This document shows, piece after piece, positions 63,880 to 64,000 of a DNA stretch of 64,000 nucleotides. Both the position numbers and the translations under genes were made by a program. Under the pieces are notes generated by a model, which was given only the letters and a program-made list of their open reading frames with translations, ran no database searches and was not told the DNA's origin. This stretch comes from Negaprion brevirostris (lineage: Eukaryota), in contig JARDVH010000194.1 of NCBI GenBank assembly GCA_030324005.1, positions 5,775,937 to 5,839,936 on the forward strand, given 5' to 3'. Position 1 is the stretch's first letter. Each line of letters begins with the position of its first letter.

Positions 63880-64000
63880 CAAACTGTCCCTATAACCCTC
63901 ATCGCCGTTTTCTTGCTGCAATATTTCGTCTTCAACTTCTGGCAACAAATGGCAACAAATCGATCAAAGGTAAACGCGACTGTTGTCCAGACAGAACAAT
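63880..64000 (-). CDS. GPR139/GPR142-like GPCR gene D, internal fragment (TM3-TM4) between the window end and a gap
   Basis: CSVWTTVAFTFDRFVAICCQKLKTKYCSKKTAMRVIGTV. Confidence 0.88.

Overview
Eukaryotic, repeat-rich, gapped scaffold, almost certainly from a cartilaginous fish (shark-type IgH cluster and shark-type SINEs/LINEs). The left part holds an unrearranged IgM-type heavy-chain minilocus on the minus strand: promoter, leader, VH, D1, D2 and JH with 23, 12/22, 12/12 and 23 RSSs. No constant exon was found in the 7.1 kb beyond JH. A second copy of the VH promoter and its upstream flank starts right after a gap at 22341, implying a second, unassembled IgH cluster. Both flanks carry a relic exon-like sequence of an unidentified gene. 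The right part holds an array of two-exon orphan class A GPCR genes of the GPR139/GPR142-like type: four have visible coding sequence and a fifth is implied at a gap. It also has four mutated tRNA genes, segmental duplicates, CR1/RTE/Penelope-like fragments, SINEs and long low-complexity tracts. The best lead is a diversified GPCR repertoire next to IgH clusters, with variable extracellular loops and a repeat-expanded N-terminus. However, the IgH and GPCR contigs are joined only through 100-N scaffold gaps. Repeat boundaries and family names are approximate, by eye.
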